Sequence record: KR014248
Direction: 5' to 3' (one strand)
From: Escherichia phage vB_EcoM_AYO145A
DNA: 64,000 nucleotides
A program made the position numbers and the translations under genes. This document shows, one piece after another, positions 19,073-27,357 of this stretch. The notes below the pieces were generated by a model that saw nothing but the letters and a program-made list of their open reading frames with translations, searched no databases and was not told the origin of the DNA. Within the stretch, counting starts at the first letter, position 1; each line of letters begins with the position of its first letter.

Positions 19073-19654
19073 TCAAGAGTATTTTTTAGGCAGTAATGCG
19101 CTACGTTTGTTACTCTCTTCACTCAACAGTGCGATGAAGTCATCCCCTTTGCCTTTCCACGGGCTGAATGAAGGGATATGCTCACGAATAGCTTCAATCA
19201 CTGTCTTCAGTGCTGTATTTTTCATCCACCAGTCAGAATCTGCTGATGCTACAACATAGTAGCCACCTTCATCAGTCAGAATTGGCTCTGAGATACATGG
19301 TGAAATCAGAGTGGTGACGATTGAACCATTATTCATGTAGTATGTGCGCTTCATAACCTTTTCAAGAAGCTTGTGAAGGTCACCAAACAGTGTTACAAGT
19401 TCTTTATGGTCAATGTCTTTTTCGAGATTTGCTCGATACTTCAACAAAGCTGCATCAACTTCTCTGTCATTGAACTTGAAGTACTGAACTTCATCAACAA
19501 GGCAAACACTGATATTGTTAACATTCATAGTCAACTTGCAAACTTTTGCGGGAGAGTTAATACTTGGTTGAAAAAGTGCAATACACCCTTCAATATTTCC
19601 AAAGTGTTGTACCAGTGTTACTTGTGGAGTAATATTCTGTTGCTCTTCGGACAT
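19073..19654 (-). CDS. hypothetical protein
   Basis: 193-aa ORF. Confidence 0.5.
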   Translation of the reverse strand: MSEEQQNITPQVTLVQHFGNIEGCIALFQPSINSPAKVCKLTMNVNNISVCLVDEVQYFKFNDREVDAALLKYRANLEKDIDHKELVTLFGDLHKLLEKVMKRTYYMNNGSIVTTLISPCISEPILTDEGGYYVVASADSDWWMKNTALKTVIEAIREHIPSFSPWKGKGDDFIALLSEESNKRSALLPKKYS

Positions 19655-19998
19655 TACAGTTTCCTCATTAAATACTTTTTAAGTTGTGTGTTAGGTTTCT
19701 CAAAAACTTCTATAGAAGATATCTTGACAGATTCACCACGCATACCTGTATGTTTGAATATATAGTACTCTAACATCCCTATATACTTTGCTGGTAAGTC
19801 ATGCTTGACATACACCGTTACAGAATCTTCAAATTCAACAACCTTTGTACCATCTTTGTAGTTAAACTCTTTAGGATGGTCGTAGTTGTCGATATCGTAC
19901 ATTAAAAAGAGTCTTTTCCGTTGCATATCAAGCTTATTAGTTAAAGACTCTTTGATATCTGAGAAGTTTTTGTACACTATGACATGGAGCTTACTCAT
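19654..19998 (-). CDS. hypothetical protein
   Basis: 114-aa ORF, coupled with neighbours. Confidence 0.5.
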   Translation of the reverse strand: MSKLHVIVYKNFSDIKESLTNKLDMQRKRLFLMYDIDNYDHPKEFNYKDGTKVVEFEDSVTVYVKHDLPAKYIGMLEYYIFKHTGMRGESVKISSIEVFEKPNTQLKKYLMRKL

Positions 19999-20284
19999 CG
20001 TTAAACTCTCTGACGAAGAAATAATTGACTTTGTTATTACCTACCATAAGGTCAAAGCAGGTGTTCTCAAAAGGTTTGTTGTAGGCATCATATGAAGTGT
20101 ACGTATCAGCTACTTGTTTAGTGTTGAGCTTTTTACTTGATGGGTTTAAGAGGCCACCATACAGTTTCTTGATAGCCTCTTCTACAACAGACCAGATGAT
20201 TTCGTCAGTAATTTCTTCGTACAGGTCAAGTTCACGCTCTAGTGAGAAGTCACAAATAGGGAAAATAACCTGTACTTTACTCAT
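19991..20284 (-). CDS. hypothetical protein
   Basis: 97-aa ORF. Confidence 0.5.
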   Translation of the reverse strand: MSKVQVIFPICDFSLERELDLYEEITDEIIWSVVEEAIKKLYGGLLNPSSKKLNTKQVADTYTSYDAYNKPFENTCFDLMVGNNKVNYFFVREFNDE

Positions 20285-20682
20285 TAACGAATAACCTGTG
20301 TGACTTGAATTGCTTCAGTTACGGACAATTCACCTACTTTCTCTTCTTTGATAAAAGTGAAGGTGAGTTCAACAGGTTCTTCCTCTTCTTCTTCTTCTTG
20401 CTCAACTGGAACACCATTAAGCTCATCAAAGATTGATTGAGTTGTCCAGTCTTCTCCACCATCTGGGTAGTGGATTGCATAAAGAGGAAATTCCACGTCA
20501 TACCAACCAAATACGGGGCAACCATCTGCATCATCACGTACTCGTCGAAGAGTGTTGCCTGATTCTGTAAATCGAAGGCTGAGATTACCATTACACTCAA
20601 AAATTACTGCATCAGCAGGCCCAACATTTTCTCGACCATCATGACCAAATGTGTCAACCTTTACTTGAATCTCGTTATTCAT
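20284..20682 (-). CDS. hypothetical acidic protein
   Basis: 132-aa ORF with EQEEEEEEEP acidic tract. Confidence 0.5.
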   Translation of the reverse strand: MNNEIQVKVDTFGHDGRENVGPADAVIFECNGNLSLRFTESGNTLRRVRDDADGCPVFGWYDVEFPLYAIHYPDGGEDWTTQSIFDELNGVPVEQEEEEEEEPVELTFTFIKEEKVGELSVTEAIQVTQVIR

Positions 20683-21073
20683 AAAAACCTCTCTCTGCTT
20701 GTTCGATTTTTGCTCTTAAAATTTCGCAATGTTGTAAATGGTAGTTAGCTTCTTGTTCATGTGTTGCTAACTGCCTTTCAAGAACAGTTTTATAATAACT
20801 TGCGAGTTGCTCTTTTGTCAATGGGTGTTCTGAAATAATATCAAGTCCACTTTCGCCAAGAGGGTTGAATTGTCCATGTTCATTGACATTGTAAGTCTCA
20901 AACTTGAAGAGGCCATTGTTCACAGACTCAATAGGCGACAGCTCAACAAGCTCTACAGTAAACCGTGTATATACCTTGTCACCTCTTGAAACCACATTGT
21001 TTCCGACAATGCGTACAAGCGAGCCATTACGAGTGTACTTAAAAGTTCCAAAGTCACTAGCCCAAAGTTTCAT
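20675..21073 (-). CDS. hypothetical protein
   Basis: 132-aa ORF. Confidence 0.5.
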   Translation of the reverse strand: MKLWASDFGTFKYTRNGSLVRIVGNNVVSRGDKVYTRFTVELVELSPIESVNNGLFKFETYNVNEHGQFNPLGESGLDIISEHPLTKEQLASYYKTVLERQLATHEQEANYHLQHCEILRAKIEQAERGFYE

Positions 21074-21087
21074 AGTTTTCTCCTTAG

Positions 21088-21114
21088 AAAATAAAAAAGG
21101 CTCCCGAAGGAGCC
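21088..21114 (-). terminator. rho-independent terminator (minus strand)
   Basis: GGCTCCcgaaGGAGCC hairpin; on the minus strand it is followed by TTTTTTATTTTC. Confidence 0.6.
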
Positions 21115-21124
21115 TATGAAGATA

Positions 21125-21589
21125 TTACTTTGGATATACACTGTCAAGATAAATGTCAGCTTCCATTCTACGTCTGTTTTTCAGGCCGTTTGAAGTGACC
21201 TTCTTACCTTTGACTGTAACCTTGTTCCACCACTGCATAGCTTCTGCACAACCGACCTTATTACCAGCATTGTGGCGCTTGATAAATGTGGAATCCTGCA
21301 TAGCCGTGATACCAATGTTGTATGTTTCACTTACCAGTGCATCAAACTCATTCTGAGAAGTTGGAACCTTGATAGATTTGTTCACTGCTGCGACAAACTT
21401 TTCAACATCTGCAAGAAGATACTGTTCAGCCTGTTCAGCAGTAATTTTCATGCCCATCTTAACAGGTTTTCCGTCAATACGGATTGTACCATACCCGATT
21501 GTTGGGATTCCGGCAGAGTCTTCGTAAGCCTCTAACTTCAGACCTTCAAAGAACTTAATAGCTTCTAAACCTTTTCTTGAGAGTTGCAT
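21125..21589 (-). CDS. lysozyme (GH24, T4-lysozyme-like)
   Basis: 154 aa; N-terminal signature LEAIKFFEGLKLEAYEDSAGIPTIGYGT. Confidence 0.8.
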   Translation of the reverse strand: MQLSRKGLEAIKFFEGLKLEAYEDSAGIPTIGYGTIRIDGKPVKMGMKITAEQAEQYLLADVEKFVAAVNKSIKVPTSQNEFDALVSETYNIGITAMQDSTFIKRHNAGNKVGCAEAMQWWNKVTVKGKKVTSNGLKNRRRMEADIYLDSVYPK

Positions 21590-22722
21590 TATGCCTCCCC
21601 TGCTGGGTTAACTGTAACTGTTGCCGCATTAGATGTTACAGAGCCACCTGCACCAGTAACTACACAGGTGTAGCTTCCTGCGTCAGCAGTGATTGCACCT
21701 TCTTTGGTGTAAGTTGCAGTAGTTGCGTCTAGGATGTTTTCCTCACCCTTCTTCCACTGATAACCTGTCGCACCAGTAGCCACAACACTTAGTGTCAAGG
21801 TATCACCTTCAGTGATTTCTTGATTGGTTGGCTGCTGAGTGATTACCGGAAGTGCATTCACAGTAACTGTTGCAGGGTTAGAAGTAACAGAACCACCTGC
21901 ACCTGTTACAACGCAAGTGTATGAACCTGCATCTGCTGGCAGTGCACCAGACTTGCTATAGGTAGCGTTTGTAGCTGAAGGGATGTCAGAGCCATCTTTC
22001 TTCCACTGGTAACCTGTTGCACCTGTTGCAGTCACTGATAGACTGATGTTTCCACCTTCATTAATGGTATGGCTAGAAGGTTGCTGTGTAATCACAGGCA
22101 GTGCGTTCACAGTCACTGTTGCTGCATCTGAGGTAACACTTGTTCCACCCTCTCCAGAGACAACACAAGTGTATGAACCAGCGTCAGAAGGTGCTACTGA
22201 CTGTTTTGTGTAAGTTGCAGAATTGGCACTAGGGATATCCTCACCATCCTTCTTCCACTGATATCCAGTGGCGTTAGTTGCTAGAATGCTTAGAGTAAGT
22301 GTGCCACCCTCATTGACTGTTTGACCTGTTGGTTGCTGAGTAATTGCTGGTGGCTTAATAGCATCCTTCAACTTAGCATTCAACATTGAGAACGGCTTAA
22401 CTCTTGCCAACCATTCACAGTAAATTGTGTCAACATCTTTACCATTGATGATTGCATACTGCAAATCCATGAAGAAATCAGCAGTTCTCATCTGTGCACC
22501 AACACTGTAAAGGAGTTCATCACTAAAAGGAACTTTGTAGTCTGGTTTGTAGTCAAACTTCTTAACTTCTGCAATATCAGCTTCAGGCCAATACGAGCTA
22601 TAGGTGAGTGGTAAAATAGCCTCTTGATATGTTCTAAAGTCATATCTCTTACCAGCTTTTACATTTGCAATGAAGCCCTTCACAAACTCTTTGAAGTCTG
22701 GGTAAGTCTTTGCTTTAATCAT
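21589..22722 (-). CDS. protein with three tandem Ig-like domains
   Basis: 377 aa; N-terminal domain paralogous to the next gene; three near-identical repeats of about 83 aa (PVITQQP...GATGYQWKKDG...DAGSYTCVV.GAGGSVTSN.ATVTVNA). Confidence 0.7.
   Translation of the reverse strand: MIKAKTYPDFKEFVKGFIANVKAGKRYDFRTYQEAILPLTYSSYWPEADIAEVKKFDYKPDYKVPFSDELLYSVGAQMRTADFFMDLQYAIINGKDVDTIYCEWLARVKPFSMLNAKLKDAIKPPAITQQPTGQTVNEGGTLTLSILATNATGYQWKKDGEDIPSANSATYTKQSVAPSDAGSYTCVVSGEGGTSVTSDAATVTVNALPVITQQPSSHTINEGGNISLSVTATGATGYQWKKDGSDIPSATNATYSKSGALPADAGSYTCVVTGAGGSVTSNPATVTVNALPVITQQPTNQEITEGDTLTLSVVATGATGYQWKKGEENILDATTATYTKEGAITADAGSYTCVVTGAGGSVTSNAATVTVNPAGEA
21592..22350 (-). repeat. three tandem repeats of about 250 bp encoding Ig-like domains
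   Basis: seen at protein level inside the 21589..22722 CDS. Confidence 0.7.
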
Positions 22723-23090
22723 TTCTTTTTAGCCTCTAAATGTGCGTTTAGTCTAAAATAGCCTTTGTGATGCGGAGATACATCACCAACAACAATACCT
22801 TTAACCTTATAACCTTTACCAATTACATACTGGATATCCATAAGGAATCTTCCAAGACCAACAATATGGAACATTGGATATAATAGATTCTCAGAATCTG
22901 GAATATTGATTTCAGGTTTGTAGGTGCGTTGTTCGCTTGTTGGTGTAATATCTTCTTCAGGCCATTTACTGAGTCTCCATGTCAAAGGTGTTGGGATAAC
23001 ATCATTAAGGTTGTACCTTTCACCATTTTGCACGGAATTGATATAGGATTGTAGGAAGCAATAAAAGTCTTTTGCACTCTTAGCTTTCAT
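22719..23090 (-). CDS. hypothetical protein, paralog of the N-terminal domain of the Ig-repeat protein
   Basis: 123 aa; shares Y..D..Y/F..MDLQY.I..GK pattern with the 21589..22722 N-terminus. Confidence 0.55.
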   Translation of the reverse strand: MKAKSAKDFYCFLQSYINSVQNGERYNLNDVIPTPLTWRLSKWPEEDITPTSEQRTYKPEINIPDSENLLYPMFHIVGLGRFLMDIQYVIGKGYKVKGIVVGDVSPHHKGYFRLNAHLEAKKK

Positions 23091-23137
23091 TAAATATCCT
23101 TATAAATAATTAAAGGGGCATCAGCCCCTATTCACAC

Positions 23138-23728
23138 TTAAGCTTTAGTCTTAAGTAGGTTCTTAAGTTTTTTAAGATTCATACTCTCATCAAACTTAAA
23201 ACCAAATCCATTGACATAATCAATGAACTCGGATTTCTTACTGAGTGACAATGCGTAACTCATATCAAAGTTCTTACTTGTTTCTGCGTCTGGACTAGAG
23301 TTCACATCAAATGAAATTTCTGTAGGTTCTTGCTTACTTTTCCTAATATTATCAACCAACAAGCATGTATAGTTTGCTGGATAGAAATTTACACTACCAT
23401 CAACGTAGCTGTACTTATTATTATGGATAAGGTTGGAAAATACCTTAAGGAATGTTTCTGAGTCGTGGCAAACAAGTTTGAATTGGCTGCTCTCTCCAAG
23501 CGCAACTAATGAGTACGGACTTTCACTATCAAAGTCATAATTTGGATTTGATGTTGTAACCGTCACACGCATTAGGTTATTGGCAATAGTCTTCTGCTTG
23601 AAAGAATTTGGAACATAGTGAAGACCTCTATCGCACTGATTAACTAATTCTTTTAATAGGTCATTTGCATACGGTGAATTAATTGATACAGAGCCATCAC
23701 TATTGTAATTAAAACTTACTGTTAACAT
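23138..23728 (-). CDS. hypothetical protein
   Basis: 196-aa ORF. Confidence 0.5.
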   Translation of the reverse strand: MLTVSFNYNSDGSVSINSPYANDLLKELVNQCDRGLHYVPNSFKQKTIANNLMRVTVTTSNPNYDFDSESPYSLVALGESSQFKLVCHDSETFLKVFSNLIHNNKYSYVDGSVNFYPANYTCLLVDNIRKSKQEPTEISFDVNSSPDAETSKNFDMSYALSLSKKSEFIDYVNGFGFKFDESMNLKKLKNLLKTKA

Positions 23729-23955
23729 TTTTCAGTTCTCCTGCGGTTTATAATTTTGCTGCAATAGAGAAACGAAGTAAACTCACTGGAAGAAACCACT
23801 AAGTGTTGTTCACTAGATTGAGCCATTGCCCTGAAATACATTCCAGTCAAAGCATCATAGTGACTATTCTTTCCAATTGAGGTTATATAGCCATGACTCT
23901 TTGCAGTTTGATATAAATCTATAATATCTGCGATTTCTAATTGGGAACTACACAT
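23722..23955 (-). CDS. hypothetical small protein
   Basis: 77-aa ORF. Confidence 0.4.
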   Translation of the reverse strand: MCSSQLEIADIIDLYQTAKSHGYITSIGKNSHYDALTGMYFRAMAQSSEQHLVVSSSEFTSFLYCSKIINRRRTEKC

Positions 23956-24119
23956 AGATAATCCTCTTGTCTTCTGTAATTTTGAAAGAACAGGTACAGA
24001 CCAATTTCAGAGGACGAATAGTAGATTAATTCTACCCTTTTTGATTCCTTACAGTGATTGGTATTCTTACCTTTCTTCGGTTTATTTGATTTTCTCATTA
24101 AGTCTCCTTTGTAGAACAA
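23937..24119 (-). CDS. hypothetical small basic protein
   Basis: 60-aa ORF. Confidence 0.35.
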   Translation of the reverse strand: MFYKGDLMRKSNKPKKGKNTNHCKESKRVELIYYSSSEIGLYLFFQNYRRQEDYLCVVPN

Positions 24120-24347
24120 GGCAGACCTACAGCTTTAAGTAAGATGGTACAGTAATCCATACAACAAGTCAAGAACTATTGCAAGTTAAAAAAGTTGTTG
24201 ACAAAGGACTTGACAAGGTGTAGGCTTATAAATACTTAGAAGATAACTTAAAAGGTTCCTCTAAAAAGGCTATTTAAACAGATATCTTTCTGGATATCTA
24301 TCTTTTATCTTAAAAGCCTTTTAAGAGGTCTTATAAGAGGCATACCA

Positions 24348-24719
24348 ATGAAAAACAGAACAAACAAAGGCCAGTTTAAAAAAGGCCAGTCTGGAAACCC
24401 ATCTGGAAGACCAAAAGGCTCTCGTAACAAAAGCTCACTCGTAAAAGCTCAACTGACCATTGATAATTCTGCTGAGTTCGCTGCAAAGCTGTTTGAGGCG
24501 ATTGTTACAAGGGACGCGGCTAAGCTTGCAGAGTTCGGGTTAAACACAGATGACGTAACCATCAAGAGTATGATTGAGGTCGGTAAAACTATCTTTACTC
24601 ACTCAGCAGGTGAGATGAAAGCACTTGCAGCAGACACTAAGAAGACTCCTGATAATGGTGGTCAACAACAGACAGATAACAAACCAACGTTCTCTGCTGT
24701 AGCGACTCTCAAAAAATAA
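24348..24719 (+). CDS. hypothetical protein with basic Gly-rich N-terminus
   Basis: 123 aa; KGQSGNPSGRPKGSRNK N-terminus. Confidence 0.5.
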   Translation: MKNRTNKGQFKKGQSGNPSGRPKGSRNKSSLVKAQLTIDNSAEFAAKLFEAIVTRDAAKLAEFGLNTDDVTIKSMIEVGKTIFTHSAGEMKALAADTKKTPDNGGQQQTDNKPTFSAVATLKK

Positions 24720-24731
24720 TTTTAAAAGGTG

Positions 24732-24768
24732 TTGACAGACTCTACAAAGTTGCTCTAAAGTCTGTCAC
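24732..24768 (+). promoter_or_regulatory. promoter TTGACA-N18-TAAAGT overlapped by a 9-bp inverted repeat
   Basis: TTGACAGACT ... AGTCTGTCA; -10 TAAAGT; upstream of the Ro60-like gene. Confidence 0.45.
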
Positions 24769-24800
24769 ATCAAACAACAAATGAGAGAAGAGAGTAAAAT

Positions 24801-26216
24801 ATGAGCGAATTATTTAAACATGCGCACCTTCATGCAGGTCGAACTGAAAATGGTGCTGTAAACCATACTTCATCAATGTCTGCTCTTGTAGACTTTTACA
24901 AAGCTGCTGGTTCTAGCCGTAGCAATGTAGGAATCTTACCAGACCTGTTCTACAAAGCTTTGCGTGAGGATGTTGATGTTGCAGTTCGTATTTTGCTTCA
25001 TATGCGAGATGTACGAGAAGGTATGGGTGAGCGTAAAGCTTTCCGAACTGTTTTACTTCAAGCGATTGAAGATAAAGTTTTAGAGCCTACGCAGGTTCTT
25101 CGCATTATGGATAAGATTGCAGAGCTTGGTCGTTTTGATGACTTCAAAATCTTCGTGGGTACTCGTTTCGAGACAGATGCCTTCAAACATTTAGAAGCAG
25201 CATTACTAGACCCTGCAACAGCAGGTTTGGCAGCTAAGTGGTTACCACGAGTCAAACCACGTCATAAGCAGTTTGTAAAACGTTTCTGCAAGTTTGCAAA
25301 CTTGAGTGAGAAAGAGTACCGCACACTGTTGTCTGCACTATCTGATACAGTTGAACAAAAAATCTCTGCTAATGAGTTTGGTAAGATTGACTACAGTAAG
25401 ATTCCTTCACTTGCTGCTGCACGTTACCAAAAACTCTTTAACCGTAAAGATGGAGAACGCTACAAAGCTTACATCGAGTCACTCTCAAAAGGTGAGGCCA
25501 AGATTAACGCTGGTGCTGTTTACCCATACGATGTGATTAAATCTATCAAGTATGGTAATGCAGATGTTGCTAATGAGCAGTGGAAAGCACTACCAAACTG
25601 GATGGTAGAAGGTGAAAACATCCTGTGTATGACTGATGTTTCAAGCTCAATGTCTTGGGTGAATCTTGGTTCAATCACTGCCCTTGATATTGGTGTATCC
25701 CTTGCCTTGTATGTAGCAGAACGCAATACAGGTTGTTTTAAGAATGAGTTAATGGTTTATTCAACAAACCCTCATTTCATCGAATTGAGTGGTGATTTAC
25801 GAAACCGTCATCGTCAGATAATGCGTCATGTTGAATATGGCTCAACTAACTTACAAGCAGCTTTTGACCGTATTCTTGAAATAGGCAAGAGAAACAACTT
25901 GACTCAGAAAGATATGCCAAGTAAGCTTATTATCTTCTCTGATATGGAGTTCAATCAGGTTGATGGAGCTAACGGTCGTACAAACTTTGAAGCAATTCAG
26001 AGTAAGTACAAAAAAGCTGGATATGAGATGCCACAACTGGTATTCTGGTACTTAGCAAACCGTAATGGTACTTGCGAAGTATCTGTTAAGGATAATGGTG
26101 TAGCAATGGTATCAGGGTTCTCTCCAGCCACTTTAAAAGCTCTGCTTGGTGGTGAGAAGTTTGACCCAATCAGCGTAATGCTCAAAGCAGTAATGATTGA
26201 CCGTTATATCTGGTAA
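24801..26216 (+). CDS. Ro60-like TROVE + vWA protein (Rsr-like)
   Basis: 471 aa; vWA MIDAS-like ILCMTDVSSSMSW and LIIFSDMEFNQ; central VYPYDVIKSI and C-terminal NG...GF..ATL resemble Ro60 as I recall it. Confidence 0.55.
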   Translation: MSELFKHAHLHAGRTENGAVNHTSSMSALVDFYKAAGSSRSNVGILPDLFYKALREDVDVAVRILLHMRDVREGMGERKAFRTVLLQAIEDKVLEPTQVLRIMDKIAELGRFDDFKIFVGTRFETDAFKHLEAALLDPATAGLAAKWLPRVKPRHKQFVKRFCKFANLSEKEYRTLLSALSDTVEQKISANEFGKIDYSKIPSLAAARYQKLFNRKDGERYKAYIESLSKGEAKINAGAVYPYDVIKSIKYGNADVANEQWKALPNWMVEGENILCMTDVSSSMSWVNLGSITALDIGVSLALYVAERNTGCFKNELMVYSTNPHFIELSGDLRNRHRQIMRHVEYGSTNLQAAFDRILEIGKRNNLTQKDMPSKLIIFSDMEFNQVDGANGRTNFEAIQSKYKKAGYEMPQLVFWYLANRNGTCEVSVKDNGVAMVSGFSPATLKALLGGEKFDPISVMLKAVMIDRYIW

Positions 26217-26234
26217 AAAGTTTTAAAAAGGGTA

Positions 26235-26263
26235 TTGACAATGTGTTTGATACCCTTTAATAT
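26235..26263 (+). promoter_or_regulatory. sigma70-like promoter (TTGACA-N17-TAATAT) inside the GGGTAT/ATACCC inverted repeat
   Basis: consensus boxes read by eye. Confidence 0.45.
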
Positions 26264-26325
26264 GTTCTACATAGAAACAAAATGAGAGCTTTTCTAAGAT
26301 ACTGAAAAATATTTTAAAAAAGTTC

Positions 26326-26355
26326 TTGACAACCACTAAAAAATAATGTTAAAGT
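26326..26355 (+). promoter_or_regulatory. promoter TTGACA-N18-TAAAGT upstream of the first tRNA
   Basis: TTGACAACCACT...AGTGGTT inverted repeat spanning the -10. Confidence 0.45.
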
Positions 26356-26381
26356 GGTTACATAGAGTTTGAAAAGTTTAT

Positions 26382-26458
26382 CTCTGTTTAGCTCAGCTTG
26401 GTAGAGCGTTCCGTTTGGGGCGGTAAGGCCGGAGGTTCAAGTCCTCCAACAGAGACCA
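26382..26458 (+). tRNA. tRNA-Pro(TGG)
   Basis: cloverleaf by eye; anticodon loop TTTGGGG; D- and T-arms close to E. coli tRNA-Pro; CCA encoded. Confidence 0.75.
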
Positions 26459-26465
26459 AATTAAT

Positions 26466-26543
26466 GTTCCAGTAGACAAAATGGTAAAGTCACCACTCTT
26501 TCAAAGTGGATATTTGAGGGTTCAAATCCCTTCTGGAACGCCA
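26466..26543 (+). tRNA. tRNA-Glu(TTC)
   Basis: acceptor GTTCCAG/CTGGAAC; anticodon loop CTTTCAA; T-loop TTCAAAT; CCA. Confidence 0.7.
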
Positions 26544-26550
26544 GTTTTGA

Positions 26551-26623
26551 CAGAAGACCAATTACAGCAAACTTAATCTTATTCATCTGACACGAAATCG
26601 GACAAAGAAGAGATTTGGTCTGG
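26551..26623 (+). ncRNA. structured spacer RNA candidate (CAGAAGACC...GGTCTGG family, copy 1)
   Basis: 5' CAGAAGACCA and 3' TGGTCTGG form the terminal helix; shared internal CAGCAA box. Confidence 0.3.
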
Positions 26624-26634
26624 TCATTAAGAAT

Positions 26635-26711
26635 TGCGGGTATAGAGAAAGGGCGTCTCACATGTCTCATTAGCATGGTATCGGCAGGTTCGACTCCTGC
26701 ACCCGCCTCCA
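26635..26711 (+). tRNA. tRNA-Met(CAT), or Ile2/fMet
   Basis: anticodon loop CTCATTA; T-arm GCAGGttcgactCCTGC; CCA. Confidence 0.55.
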
Positions 26712-26717
26712 ATTTTG

Positions 26718-26777
26718 CAGAAGACCGTATGCAGCAATAAACTACTTTTTGCGGATAAAAGAAAAAACACGGTCTGG
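26718..26777 (+). ncRNA. structured spacer RNA candidate (same family, copy 2)
   Basis: CAGAAGACCG ... CGGTCTGG; compensatory G:C where copy 1 has A:T. Confidence 0.3.
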
Positions 26778-26788
26778 CAATGTATTAA

Positions 26789-26865
26789 GGTTAGGAAGCA
26801 CATAAGGTATGTGCGGTCGCCTGTTAAGCGAATGGCACAGGGTTCGAATCCCTGACTAACCGCCA
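26789..26865 (+). tRNA. tRNA-Asn(GTT)
   Basis: anticodon loop CTGTTAA; T-arm CAGGGttcgaatCCCTG; CCA. Confidence 0.65.
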
Positions 26866-26874
26866 AATTTAAAT

Positions 26875-26962
26875 GTGTCGTTATCCCGTAGATGGTAGCG
26901 GTGGGGACTGTAAATCCCTTGTCATTGAGACTCGGTAGGTTCGACTCCTACACGGCACACCA
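26875..26962 (+). tRNA. tRNA-Tyr(GTA)
   Basis: 88 nt with long variable arm; anticodon loop CTGTAAA; CCA. Confidence 0.7.
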
Positions 26963-26968
26963 AATAAA

Positions 26969-27046
26969 GGTTATGTAGTTTAATCTGGTTAAAATACTCC
27001 CCTGTCACGGGAGATGATGAGGGTTCAAATCCCTTCGTAACCGCCA
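26969..27046 (+). tRNA. tRNA-Asp(GTC)
   Basis: anticodon stem CTCCC/GGGAG, loop CTGTCAC; CCA. Confidence 0.75.
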
Positions 27047-27133
27047 AATTATAATAAGTATTCCAAGATGATGTTTTGAGAGGGCTATTTAGCCCCTCCC
27101 TTAAAGAGTTCTTACGAGTATTCTTTAAAGGAG

Positions 27134-27210
27134 CAGAAGACCAAATTCAGCAAGTACGTATGATATTTTCAAGCCAATTTAATTTTGAAAAAATTTAAAA
27201 CTTGGTCTGG
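27134..27210 (+). ncRNA. structured spacer RNA candidate (same family, copy 3)
   Basis: CAGAAGACCAA ... TTGGTCTGG. Confidence 0.3.
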
Positions 27211-27223
27211 CTCAACAAATTTA

Positions 27224-27355
27224 CAGAAGACCGTTTACAGCAAAACTTAAACAATCTATTTCTCCGGTAAAGAAAAGGCGAAGGTTCGATTCCTTCACTC
27301 GGCAGATGTCGAGTTGGTGTAATGGTAGCACTTAAGATGATAAACAACGGTCTGG
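27224..27355 (+). ncRNA. Y-RNA-like RNA candidate (YrlA-type, permuted tRNA-like module)
   Basis: terminal helix AGACCGT/ACGGTCT; inside, T-arm GAAGGttcgattCCTTC, then ACTCGGC-agat-GTCGAGT acceptor-like hairpin, then TG and D-arm GTGTaatggtaGCAC; about 1 kb downstream of the Ro60-like gene. Confidence 0.45.
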
Positions 27356-27357
27356 TA

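Noticed and set aside
27280-27331. T-arm followed by acceptor-like hairpin and D-arm, considered as a circularly permuted functional tRNA gene
   Set aside because: No anticodon arm of normal geometry on either side; the module is enclosed by a long terminal helix shared with three tRNA-less paralogs, so a Y-RNA-like structured RNA is the better reading.
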